Positions 24,286 to 33,617 of a stretch of 64,000 nucleotides of DNA are shown here, in pieces (position 1 is the first letter of the stretch; every line of letters starts with the position of its first letter). This DNA comes from a virus. The notes beneath the pieces were generated by a model that worked only from the letters and a program-made list of their open reading frames with translations, did no database searches and was not told the DNA's origin. The DNA is taken from positions 1-64,000 of IMG/VR virus record IMGVR_UViG_3300010352_001575; one strand, given 5' to 3'. Made by a program: the position numbers and the translations under genes.

Positions 24286-24977
24286 TTTACCTCCTTCACT
24301 TCTTTCTTATTTTCCAGCACCCGAGGGGGTCGTATCCACTTTGTATACTTGCACTCGCTTATCTGGTTTCTCTTTATCAGATCTACGATGTACTCAACCG
24401 ATGGGAATGTCTCGTACGGAATGCTGAGTATGTTAACACCAGTCTTCTTGTATTCAGACAAAAAGTCAAGATAATGCGCGCGCAGGTCCTGCAAGTAAGA
24501 TAGTGGTATGTTCTTCTCTGACTCTCTGCCGCGGCTCTGTATGCGCTTCAACGCCGTTTCCGCAGAGCAATCTAGGTATATCATTATCTCCGGGTAAGCC
24601 AGGTCGCGTAACGCCAGAGCATCAAACATATCCAGGTAGGTATTCAAATCCCTATCCGTTATGTGCCCGGCTTCGTGCAGCATTCTCGCAAAAATACAAT
24701 CTTCTGTGATGCCGCGATCTCCTATTGCTCCAGGAATAGACCCATTAGCTATCCGGGTAATCAGCTCTTTATGCTGACGGAACCGGTGATTAAGCAGCCA
24801 CATTTGCATAATGGCCCCATACTTTTTCATATCTTTGTAGAAGTCCGCTAAGTATGGGTTGCCAGCCACTGCTTCGTACGCTACCTCCCAGCCCAGCGCC
24901 TCTCCCAGCCGCTTAGCCAGGCTAGACTTGCCGGCTCCGATGAGCCCTGCTACCACTATATAGTTTTTAACATACAT
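24282..24977 (-). CDS. deoxynucleoside kinase
   Basis: GLIGAGKS, NPYLADFY, DR..ED.IFA and RIQSRGRESE motifs. Confidence 0.9.
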   Translation of the reverse strand: MYVKNYIVVAGLIGAGKSSLAKRLGEALGWEVAYEAVAGNPYLADFYKDMKKYGAIMQMWLLNHRFRQHKELITRIANGSIPGAIGDRGITEDCIFARMLHEAGHITDRDLNTYLDMFDALALRDLAYPEIMIYLDCSAETALKRIQSRGRESEKNIPLSYLQDLRAHYLDFLSEYKKTGVNILSIPYETFPSVEYIVDLIKRNQISECKYTKWIRPPRVLENKKEVKEVK

Positions 24978-24978
24978 A

Positions 24979-25254
24979 TTAGCTCCTAGTCGTCTTGGTA
25001 TCTATTACTTTGTCTACTAGCCTAATCCCGTCCAGGCAACACTTTAACATAACTGCATGCACTTTGTCAGTTACTTTGCCAGTGGTGCTGCCATCCGCCT
25101 GCTCGTAAATTATTGCAAACGCCGCGCAGTTGCTAGAGCACAACAGATTTGGGTTTCTCCAGCACCGGCACTCTGCTCCGCTATGCACTAGCTGGTAATG
25201 CTTGCCAGCGCTCTCAGCTACCCCGCTTTTTATGTATGTAAGTAGTTCTGCCAT
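24979..25254 (-). CDS. Cys-containing hypothetical protein
   Basis: 91 aa, GGAGA RBS. Confidence 0.6.
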   Translation of the reverse strand: MAELLTYIKSGVAESAGKHYQLVHSGAECRCWRNPNLLCSSNCAAFAIIYEQADGSTTGKVTDKVHAVMLKCCLDGIRLVDKVIDTKTTRS

Positions 25255-25270
25255 ATCTCCTCTTTATTTT

Positions 25271-25298
25271 GCCGGCCGGAGGCCATCCCCCGGCCGGC
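25271..25298 (-). other. strong GC hairpin at the 3' end of the pentamer array
   Basis: GCCGGCCGG/CCGGCCGGC 9-bp stem; no downstream U-tract. Confidence 0.7.
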
Positions 25299-25309
25299 TG
25301 ATATTCACC

Positions 25310-25825
25310 ATCACGATACCATACTTCAGGCTACTATACCGCAACTGTACAGCTCGGCGCGCAGCTATGCTGCAACCATACTCTGCCATGTGTCGTCTTG
25401 TGATACTATCACGATACTTCGACTTGCGTTGCGCTACCTTGCCATTGCAGGGCCAAACCTGGCCACGGTTCACGATACGCTACTATTGCTATATGTGACA
25501 TTGCAATACCATACCAATGCATCTCATAGCTTAACTATGCCGATACTTGGCGATGCTATGCCTCACCACTACGATGAACAACCGCGCCATACCCTTACCC
25601 TAGCTTACGAAACCATACAATTACGATACTGTGATTTGCACTTCGTCACCTTACTAATACTGCGCCCCACAAAAGACCACTACGCATGACTACACCACTA
25701 CGCGACACAGCGCGGCCGTGCATTACCGCAACAGCGCCTAAACATACAGTGAGGTACGCTACCTCTGCCATACCCGAGGATACGGTGCTTTACTGCCGCG
25801 GGACGTTAGTGTACGGGACCATACT
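25310..25825 (-). repeat. non-coding array of NGY-NN pentamers in 16 units of 5n+1 nt (candidate guide-RNA array)
   Basis: manual parse: 100 pentamers, 82 match NGYNN, 97 have a pyrimidine at position 3; one extra base closes each unit. Confidence 0.85.
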
Positions 25826-25850
25826 ATCACTTTGCGCTCTCGCTCGACCT

Positions 25851-26564
25851 CTATTTCTTGCCCTTCGCTTCCTTCATTGCAGCCGCCTCTTTTGCCATTT
25901 TCTCAAGACGAGTGCCGTAGAGTTTTCTAATCTTGGCATTGTTAGGCATTTCTTCTATCGTATAGGTGAACCTACCGTAGGAACCATTACGGAACTGTCC
26001 CAATCCCTGCAGTTCTCCATAGTCCAGCAGTTCCTTGATGGTATCCAGAGAGAAGTCCTTATCCTTACTAGGCAGCACACGGAGCATCAAGTCTATCTCA
26101 GCGCCGGCCTTAACCACATCCGACTTGGCCAGGAACACCCGGGGACCCCTCGGCCCTTCAGAACGAAGCGAGCGAGACATAGTGCCATCCGCTTCTTTGA
26201 TGTTCTTGCCATCACGGGTCAGATACAGCTTGCGCGGGTTAACGAAGAGGTACATATCAACCTTGGACTTCACTGCCTTCATACCAATCATCTCTGACAA
26301 GGCTTTTGCAGATGCCTTCAAGAAGCCGCGGAAGACATAGTCGAAAAGGAACACGCCCTTATCGTCCTTCATAAACCCAGTCCAGCCCTTTTCTTCCAGC
26401 TGCTCCACTGACTCGATCTCCTGGTCGGCCTGTTCCTGAGTGATGATCCCCTTGTCTACTGCTTCTTTCTGAATGTGGGTCCCGAAGATGTCCTTGTTCT
26501 TGGGAACTGTTCCCAGCATATCTTCCGTCATTGTGATCTTTACTTTGTATTCAATTAAGTTCAT
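25851..26564 (-). CDS. stand-alone Cas7-like RAMP-family protein
   Basis: N-terminal strand Y.VKI.M...MLG, FRGFLK helix, C-terminal Gly-rich loop GLGQFRNGSYGRF; AGGAG RBS. Confidence 0.75.
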   Translation of the reverse strand: MNLIEYKVKITMTEDMLGTVPKNKDIFGTHIQKEAVDKGIITQEQADQEIESVEQLEEKGWTGFMKDDKGVFLFDYVFRGFLKASAKALSEMIGMKAVKSKVDMYLFVNPRKLYLTRDGKNIKEADGTMSRSLRSEGPRGPRVFLAKSDVVKAGAEIDLMLRVLPSKDKDFSLDTIKELLDYGELQGLGQFRNGSYGRFTYTIEEMPNNAKIRKLYGTRLEKMAKEAAAMKEAKGKK

Positions 26565-26588
26565 TGCTTTCTCCTAGTTTTTTTTTGT

Positions 26589-26897
26589 TTACTTCTTCTT
26601 TTCCGGCAGCGATGTAGATGTTATGACCCACGGTCCCTGCCAAGGCTGCGGGTAGTACGGCTGCGGCCAAACATACGGCTGTTGAATATACGGTATTGCT
26701 ATCGTTCCGACTCCGCTGCAACCGGGACATATAACCTTAATGCCATCTAGTCGCGTCTGCGTCCCTGTACCCCCGCAGCACGGACAGGTACATTGTTCGT
26801 ATACTGGCGGTTGGGGCTGTATATAGCAATTGCTCGTGCCGGGTATTGGCTGCGCTGGCCCTGCCGAATTTGTTGCTTTCGCATCTTTGTTTTCCAT
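26589..26897 (-). CDS. Pro/Gln-rich protein with DnaJ-like CxxCxGxG zinc finger
   Basis: CPCCGGTG and CPGCSGVG. Confidence 0.6.
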   Translation of the reverse strand: MENKDAKATNSAGPAQPIPGTSNCYIQPQPPVYEQCTCPCCGGTGTQTRLDGIKVICPGCSGVGTIAIPYIQQPYVWPQPYYPQPWQGPWVITSTSLPEKKK

Positions 26898-26907
26898 AGC
26901 TGCTCCT

Positions 26908-26937
26908 ATTCTACTAAGTTTTAGGTACCTGTGTCAA
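26908..26937 (-). promoter_or_regulatory. sigma70-like promoter upstream of the RAMP unit
   Basis: TTGACA-18 nt-TAGAAT. Confidence 0.65.
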
Positions 26938-27134
26938 CGTTTACCTATGCGCTTCAGTGCTTCGGCTGCCTCCGCATTCTCCATTGTTAGCGTTGCCCGG
27001 CTGCCGGCTGCTCTGATTTGTTCGTCTAGCAATACCTGAATTCTCTGGTCAACCCACGGCAGGAACCCAGCACCGCAGCGCTTGCCTCTATCATTCACGT
27101 ACTTCTTAACTTTTGTTTTCTGGATGAACGCCAT
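26934..27134 (-). CDS. putative histone-fold protein
   Basis: 66 aa; IQKTKVKKYV..KRCG..long helix..RATL pattern resembles bacterial histone folds. Confidence 0.5.
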   Translation of the reverse strand: MAFIQKTKVKKYVNDRGKRCGAGFLPWVDQRIQVLLDEQIRAAGSRATLTMENAEAAEALKRIGKR

Positions 27135-27420
27135 TGGCTTTCTCCTCTACTATGACTTTGCCGGGAATCACTACCTCTTTAGGCTTTAACGCAGCTCGTA
27201 CCTGGTCAAAGTCTATTTCTATCAGTACGGTGTCTAAGTATTCATACCCTGCTTTTGAATACTTTTCTTTCTTCTCGGCCATGTATTCTATGCCACCACC
27301 GTCAGACATAGTAAACTCATCGCAAACCGCTAGCGCTTCTGGAACTTCTTGACCTTCGTAATTCTCTGCGAGCAGGCCAAACAACACATACAGATACGCC
27401 TTTCCGTTTATTTCTTTCAT
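27106..27420 (-). CDS. hypothetical protein
   Basis: 104-aa ORF. Confidence 0.6.
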   Translation of the reverse strand: MKEINGKAYLYVLFGLLAENYEGQEVPEALAVCDEFTMSDGGGIEYMAEKKEKYSKAGYEYLDTVLIEIDFDQVRAALKPKEVVIPGKVIVEEKANGVHPENKS

Positions 27421-27613
27421 ATCGGCTCTGTCTCCCCCTTGCCTTTGTTATAGTCTGTCGGCTTACGATACACAGCGCCAGTGTCTGTATCAAACTCCGC
27501 ACCACAATTCTCGCACTGCTCGAATCCAGTGTGTCGGTAAGCGTGGTCTGGGTGTCCGCATACCGGGCATACCACCTTCGGCATATACGATCGCTTCTTT
27601 CTGTGTGCTGCCT

Positions 27614-28603
27614 TTACTCCCATATAGGTACCTCCGTAGTTTTGGACACATAGGCCAGCATCTCGGCCTGTTTCTTTTCTTCAGCAATTTCTCTGAGTAT
27701 TGCTCTGCCTTGCTCGGTTATAGACCGACCGCAGACTGATTTGCGAGCGTAGCCCTTGGCGAACAAGTACGGCTCGTACGATTTGGCAATGTACTTAGGA
27801 TCTTCGTTTATACACAATGACATCATAGACAAGCCTACCGGCTGGCTAGCCTTGTCCAATAGGTTGAGGATGCGCAGGTCCACATCATCTAAACCATTGA
27901 TGTACACCCCGAAGTATGGCAATAGTAAGCATAGCTGTTCTGCATTTTTAATATGGTGCGTGTTTAGAAATGTAGACAGCAAGCCAATTGCGCTAATCGC
28001 CCTACGAGGTATGTTCTTGCATCGCTTCGCCACTGTGCGATATGTTTCTAGCAAGGCCAGGTTGGTATCGGGGGGGTTATTGTCGCAGCAAGAGCCTATG
28101 GCTCTTAATAATATCTCCGCAATACCGTCCTCAGTATACGGGGGTACCTCTATCCTAACCCCGAACCTATCCACCAACGGCCCAGCTAGCTCCTGCTTTT
28201 CGGTAGTCGCTCCTATTACCACCACCTTTCCATCGCAATGACTAGGCGTGTTGTCTCGTATAACCTGGTTGTCTTCCATCAGCACGTACAGCCGCTCTAA
28301 CAACTTAGGGTTAGCTGAGTGTATCTCGTCCAGGAACACGATGCACCCAGGAGGACCTATATGGTCTATTTTTGCCAGTATATCAGGGTACTCTACCGCC
28401 TCTCCGATAAACTCAGCTAAGGGCAGCCTAGACTCGTTGGCGATAATCCTAGCTAGCGTTGTCTTGCCGGTGCCTGGCAGCCCGGTTAGCAACACATGCG
28501 GCGTAGCCATCAGGTCTGTTCTAGCTGTTATAGCTACCGTTTCCGCCAGGGTCTTAACCCCGGCGGCGCCGGTATACTCAGCTAGCGATGTTGGTCTGTA
28601 CAT
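27614..28603 (-). CDS. RuvB-like Holliday junction branch-migration ATPase
   Basis: RPTSLAEYTG, HVLLTGLPGTGKTTLARIIANE, FLDEIH, IGATT, PLVDRFG, YEPYL and GR..T motifs. Confidence 0.85.
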   Translation of the reverse strand: MYRPTSLAEYTGAAGVKTLAETVAITARTDLMATPHVLLTGLPGTGKTTLARIIANESRLPLAEFIGEAVEYPDILAKIDHIGPPGCIVFLDEIHSANPKLLERLYVLMEDNQVIRDNTPSHCDGKVVVIGATTEKQELAGPLVDRFGVRIEVPPYTEDGIAEILLRAIGSCCDNNPPDTNLALLETYRTVAKRCKNIPRRAISAIGLLSTFLNTHHIKNAEQLCLLLPYFGVYINGLDDVDLRILNLLDKASQPVGLSMMSLCINEDPKYIAKSYEPYLFAKGYARKSVCGRSITEQGRAILREIAEEKKQAEMLAYVSKTTEVPIWE

Positions 28604-28607
28604 ATGG

Positions 28608-29072
28608 TTATCCTTTCTTGGGGAAGTACCTTATCTTCAGCCTGGGCTCTTCAATAGGTATCAACTTGCAGTGGCGCTTGATAGCCGGAACAGAGACAGC
28701 TAGCATCTCAAACCCTGCTGGGTTAATATCCACTATGTTCAGCAACTCGTCCAACGGCAGACATGCCGCTATGCCTTTTTTATTATACTGCAGTTCCTCG
28801 CCATCCTCGATAGTCACAACCGCCGAATGCTCGTTATCCACGTAGTTGTCCAGGCCCAGGTCGTCCATAACCTCGCCTAGCTTTCTATGGTCGTTAGCTA
28901 TTTCCTCGCCCAGTGCGGCATACGCGCCATACTTCTCTCTCAGCGCCTTGAACATTTTGCGAACCACATCCGTCTTCGCCAATAGCTCGCGGGCATCGTC
29001 CTTCGTCTTCGGGGTTTTGTTCTCCGGCTTAGTAGACTCATTCCCATCGTCGCCATATGCGGTCTTTTTCAT
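28608..29072 (-). CDS. hypothetical protein
   Basis: 154-aa ORF, GGAG RBS. Confidence 0.65.
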   Translation of the reverse strand: MKKTAYGDDGNESTKPENKTPKTKDDARELLAKTDVVRKMFKALREKYGAYAALGEEIANDHRKLGEVMDDLGLDNYVDNEHSAVVTIEDGEELQYNKKGIAACLPLDELLNIVDINPAGFEMLAVSVPAIKRHCKLIPIEEPRLKIRYFPKKG

Positions 29073-29080
29073 ATTGTCTC

Positions 29081-29608
29081 CTATAAGCGTAGGTCTATCT
29101 GCTCATCTTTTGGTACTGCGTTCAGTTCATCTTCTGCTAAGTACTCTAGCGAGGCGTCTTTTGCATACAATGCTTTCTTGGTAGCTGTCATCAGTTCGGC
29201 TAGATCTGTGTTAGATATGAACAGATCTTTGTACGACGAGACGCGCACTATATCGAACTTCAACTTACGCAAGTCTGCTTCCATATCGGCCGGAGTGGAT
29301 ACCACCATCACCAGGTTTTTGCCGTACAGCGACAGCGAGTAGAAACACCCGCTACCCAACTTGGGAAACTGGCGTAATACCATATCGCCGATATCGCCCC
29401 AGGTCTCTACTTTGATTCCAGCCTCGCAGATGTCGTACATTTCTTGTATGTCTTTGAGCATTAACTTAGCTGTCTTGGGGAAGCCCCGAAACAGCTTGGC
29501 GTACTTTTCAAACTCGGCCGTTGCCTGCGCTGCCGGGAATGTCTTAGTAGCAACCAGCTGGCCTAAGCTGATGCGGGGGTGTTTTCTGAGTAAGTCCTTT
29601 AGTTTCAT
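29081..29608 (-). CDS. hypothetical protein
   Basis: 175-aa ORF. Confidence 0.65.
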   Translation of the reverse strand: MKLKDLLRKHPRISLGQLVATKTFPAAQATAEFEKYAKLFRGFPKTAKLMLKDIQEMYDICEAGIKVETWGDIGDMVLRQFPKLGSGCFYSLSLYGKNLVMVVSTPADMEADLRKLKFDIVRVSSYKDLFISNTDLAELMTATKKALYAKDASLEYLAEDELNAVPKDEQIDLRL

Positions 29609-30194
29609 ATCATTTCTCCCACTGGGTTATCTTGAATTTGCCTATCATCCAGCCTTTCTTTGTTTTCTTCAACTTAGCCAGCGCTGCATTGTTCGGAGAA
29701 AAGCATTGGATCTCTGCGAACATAGCATACGATTGGTACTTGTCCGGGACTGCAGTAGCCCTCTCACAATGCTTTCTAGCAAGACACGCCGTGTTTGCAC
29801 ACATTGTTATATCAGGCATTTTTAGAGTACCTCGGCTTGACATGCATTATCGCCTTGTTGGCCCGATAACAAACCCACAGCATAGGGTATTCTTCCTTCC
29901 ACAGGCTAACAGCGCAGTCCGGGTCAGTATCACCGCACAGTTCGTCCATAGCGGTTGCTATATCCTCGAGCACATTAACCAGGTACTTGACTTGTGACTT
30001 ATAGTTTGGTTTGGTCATTAGGCTTCCTCTTGAAGAAGTTTTTTACTTCCACTAACTTGTACGCCTTAATATCCTCTCTATTTATCTTCAGCAGCAAAAG
30101 CTCTTGTTCGGTGTATGCGCTGAACGGGGCACAATAGTTAACGTCAAACGCAGTACCATACAAGCTATTTTTATCATAACCGAAAACATATAGA

Positions 30195-30788
30195 TTATTG
30201 CTTGGCTTTTTCGGCTTCTTCTGCTTTGCGCTTCTCGACATATTCTGCATATTTTATCTCTCCGTACTGATTTGGCCTGACTTCAAAGTAGTCAAACAAT
30301 GCCTTGATGAACCGCTCTGTATACGGCGCGCGCCAGATATGTTTCAGGTAAGTATGCGCATCACTAGAATAATGGTAATGATTATTCTTGAGATGTAGCT
30401 CTGCATCCTTCTCCGTCAAGAACATACCGCGCTCTTCCCACACCTGTTGCATAGCGTGCTCGTGATAATTCTCTTTCTCGTCTTCCGGCAGCTCGTCGTA
30501 TTCTTCTGGGGTTAGCTCGCTATCGTCTTCAGTAGAATAATAGACTGTGTGGCTTTCATCCCCGCAGCCTTCCTCAGTCGGTACTAGCTTGCTAGTCCTA
30601 ATAACGTAAAAGAACGGCCAGGCAGTACAGCGATTGTCTTGCTTAGACATCTCATCAAGAAACTCGATGATGATATCCTTGTCTGACATCGTTTCGTTGG
30701 CGTCAACGGAACGATGTGTCTGCTTAGCATAGAACGCCGCTTCTGTTTCTTTAGAGATCTCCTCTGTCGGAACTTCTTTATTTTCCAT
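30195..30788 (-). CDS. hypothetical phage protein
   Basis: QDNRCTAWP and FLTEKDAELHLKNNHYHY motifs recalled from phage proteins. Confidence 0.65.
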   Translation of the reverse strand: MENKEVPTEEISKETEAAFYAKQTHRSVDANETMSDKDIIIEFLDEMSKQDNRCTAWPFFYVIRTSKLVPTEEGCGDESHTVYYSTEDDSELTPEEYDELPEDEKENYHEHAMQQVWEERGMFLTEKDAELHLKNNHYHYSSDAHTYLKHIWRAPYTERFIKALFDYFEVRPNQYGEIKYAEYVEKRKAEEAEKAKQ

Positions 30789-31422
30789 TCTTAACCTCCG
30801 GTTTGGCTTTCTCTGGTGCGTAAGTTAACAGGTTTCCCGCCTTGCGAGCTATAGCATCATCTATAGCTACAACCCTATCACCGTCTCCGCACAAGAACTC
30901 GTGAGCCCTGACAGCAGCAGCGCTAAGGCTCTCGTACAGGTCGGAGAAGAACTTCTCGCGCTCTTCGGTCCAGTCCACTACGCGCTTGCCAGGGTCAGTG
31001 TCTACTAGGGACAGGAAGTCATCATAGCTCCTGCCACCTGCACTATAGTTTTTCCGACCATCGACAGATTCCTCTTCGCAAACTCGGTAGTTTAGCTTAA
31101 CACCAGTCGCGCCGCTATGCCCGCAGTATAGCGTTGTCACTGTGTGCTTCCCAAAACCGTCATCTCCGCCACTAGCCTCCAACTCGTACACAATCACCTT
31201 TCTAGTAGCTGTCTTCTTGGCTAGTATTGCTATCTGCAGTTCCCCTATTTGCTTGTTTAACCCGTCTATGGTTTTGTCTTTCAGGTTATTCACCCCGGCT
31301 AGCAAGACATACTTCTCTGGGATGACAAACATAAACTCACCAGACTTGGTTAGGAAGTTAATCGGGTATGATTCTCTATCTCCCAACTTCCACATAAACT
31401 GAGTTTTTCCAACTTTAGGCAT
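30778..31422 (-). CDS. hypothetical protein
   Basis: 214-aa ORF, GGAGA RBS. Confidence 0.7.
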   Translation of the reverse strand: MPKVGKTQFMWKLGDRESYPINFLTKSGEFMFVIPEKYVLLAGVNNLKDKTIDGLNKQIGELQIAILAKKTATRKVIVYELEASGGDDGFGKHTVTTLYCGHSGATGVKLNYRVCEEESVDGRKNYSAGGRSYDDFLSLVDTDPGKRVVDWTEEREKFFSDLYESLSAAAVRAHEFLCGDGDRVVAIDDAIARKAGNLLTYAPEKAKPEVKNGK

Positions 31423-31433
31423 ATATCTCCTCG

Positions 31434-31925
31434 CTATACCAGCTTTTCCCAGCCGGTCTCGTTCTGTATCAGGATGTGTGCTATAGCCACATCGTACCTA
31501 TACTTCCTATTTCGTTCCAGGTCGAAGACCGTCACCTTGTCAGCACCGGAATCTAGCACAACCCGGCCCTTGAACTCCCTGGTATTTCCGCTAATCGTTA
31601 TCTTGATGCGCCCTTCTCTCAAGATGCCTATAGGGCTAGGGTTGTTCTCAACCCTGCGATTAGCTATGTCCCCGCGTATCTCTACCCGGTGCTTGAATAT
31701 CTCGAACAAGCTATAGTACTGGCGTAGGAACACGCGCGTCTTGTTAGCTACGTGGTGCCACTCCTCTGGTTTGCAATACCTGGCTATCTCTTTCGGGCCC
31801 ACGCTGGTTATCAGCTTTTTACGATTGAGATAATCCGCCATATCCATAGCCGTTTTAAGCTGCTTGGCCTCGGCTATAATAGCATTTCTGGACCGACCTG
31901 TCAACTTGTTTGTCATAGAGGTCAT
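31434..31925 (-). CDS. hypothetical protein
   Basis: 163-aa ORF; SRNA..A and EWHH motifs. Confidence 0.65.
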   Translation of the reverse strand: MTSMTNKLTGRSRNAIIAEAKQLKTAMDMADYLNRKKLITSVGPKEIARYCKPEEWHHVANKTRVFLRQYYSLFEIFKHRVEIRGDIANRRVENNPSPIGILREGRIKITISGNTREFKGRVVLDSGADKVTVFDLERNRKYRYDVAIAHILIQNETGWEKLV

Positions 31926-32133
31926 TTGGCTGTAGGTTTATCCTGTAGCATGCCTAGCGCTTCGGCCAGTGATTCTCTTTCTATGTGCTGCATAGTAGCA
32001 ACCTGAGCGGCCATGGTTTCTACTATAGCTAAGTGCAGTATTTGCGCCCACGGCGGAGCCCCACAACTACCTAACGCTGTGTGGTTTCTAGCCACCACTT
32101 CGTTGAATTCTGCAGTAGTCATATTATCTCCTG

Positions 32134-32892
32134 TTATATAGAGCAACTTTCCCAATTAACATAGCTGTCTATTTTCTTCATAACCTGGCCTTTATCGTAC
32201 TTGTAGTCAGACTCCCAAATTACTAAAACAGTAAAACCACAGCGAGTTAACTCGTCTACTCTTTTCCTATCATTTTCCCATATTTGCTTGGCCATAATCT
32301 TGTGATGCGCGATGTCTTCAGCACTATACTTCTTAGGATTTGCGTGCCAATAGTCACCGTAAAACTCTATGATAACCCCATCTCGTAGCTCTATCGCATC
32401 GGGAAATTTCCACTTGTTGTCTTGAGTTTTTACAACATGGTCTTCCACAACACCTGAATAAACATCCTTGAGATCGCTGAAAAATTTCTCCTGCATTTTG
32501 CTCTTGTTACTTGATGCTATCGTCCCTTTTACTAGCTTACCTAATCTCCAGCTCTCCTTCATCTTATCGGCTCGCAATTGTCGTTGGTCCGGATTAGCTC
32601 TGTACCATTCAGTAGTTCTTTTACTTTGTTCTTGCTTAAATGACTGCCTACGAGGCTTAGAGGTGCCAGCGATAACCTTGGCTCGGTATTCTGGATTCTG
32701 CCACAACAATTTTGATGCTGCACTAGTTCTCTCCTTCATCTTAGCCACGGAGATAGCACTATGGCTTTTGCCATAGAAAGGATTGCTAGCCCCAGACCTG
32801 TCTCGGTGTTTGTTGCACATACCCGACTTGCTGTGGTCTACTATAGGCTTACTACAAGTAGCGCAATGTCTATTTAACTTATGAACATTCAT
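32134..32892 (-). CDS. homing endonuclease: NUMOD3 plus Vsr/DUF559-like nuclease
   Basis: NPFYGKSHS (NUMOD3); PD..IIEFYGDYWH..D..R..G..VLVIWES. Confidence 0.82.
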   Translation of the reverse strand: MNVHKLNRHCATCSKPIVDHSKSGMCNKHRDRSGASNPFYGKSHSAISVAKMKERTSAASKLLWQNPEYRAKVIAGTSKPRRQSFKQEQSKRTTEWYRANPDQRQLRADKMKESWRLGKLVKGTIASSNKSKMQEKFFSDLKDVYSGVVEDHVVKTQDNKWKFPDAIELRDGVIIEFYGDYWHANPKKYSAEDIAHHKIMAKQIWENDRKRVDELTRCGFTVLVIWESDYKYDKGQVMKKIDSYVNWESCSI

Positions 32893-33617
32893 CTCTCCTC
32901 CCGGATATCGAAGGTATCTATATACCTATATGTAAGGCCCTCTTCTTTAGCTAACCTAACCGCCTCAGTTGTCCAGCACCATTTCGCTAAACCCGATTTG
33001 GCCAAGTACAGGCCCATTCCAAACCCCGAGTATAGAAACACGCCCGGCTCCCCGAAACAAAAGCCTGCGTACGGCTGTTCGGCAGATATGCGTTTCCAAG
33101 AATTAAGCGATAGGTTCCAGTACTTGCCCATCAACCACTGCCACTTGCCTGCTGGTTGGTCTATGTCTCCTGGTAAACTGGTAAGCATTTCTGTCATTTC
33201 TCCTCCGTAGATCCTCGTTTAAACATATAGGCACTAAACTCATCATCGTCCGACCAGTCGTAATCCAGCATAGCCGCATAGCATTCCAGGTGCGCTCTGT
33301 CGTGTATAAATTCCCGGTACATTACATAAGCCCTCTTCGTGTGCTTCTCTTCCTTCAGTATCTTCTCCCCACACCACACGCACCTGTACTCCTTCCTAGC
33401 GGAAACTTCTTTGGTAGATAGAGGTGTCATAATCACTCTCCGTTCTTATCCTTGCATATTTGTGGGCGTATTATTAGCGCACCTTTAGTGAGCAAAGGCT
33501 CATTCGGTATCCTGATATTTTCCAAACGATGTCGGCAGTATGCCTCATCGGTTTCGTCATACCAACACAACGGACAGCCGTTGCAGTACTCCGGGTCTGG
33601 AAGTTTGATTTCTAGGT

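Noticed and set aside
25310-25825. Canonical CRISPR array beside the Cas7-like gene
   Set aside because: No identical 23-47 nt direct repeats with spacers; periodicity is 5 nt and degenerate.
25202-26297. Plus-strand ORFs (25202-25498, 25390-25689, 25686-26297) and minus ORF 25264-25473
   Set aside because: Plus-strand ORFs oppose the uniform gene orientation; none has an evident RBS; composition reflects the nucleotide pentamer pattern.
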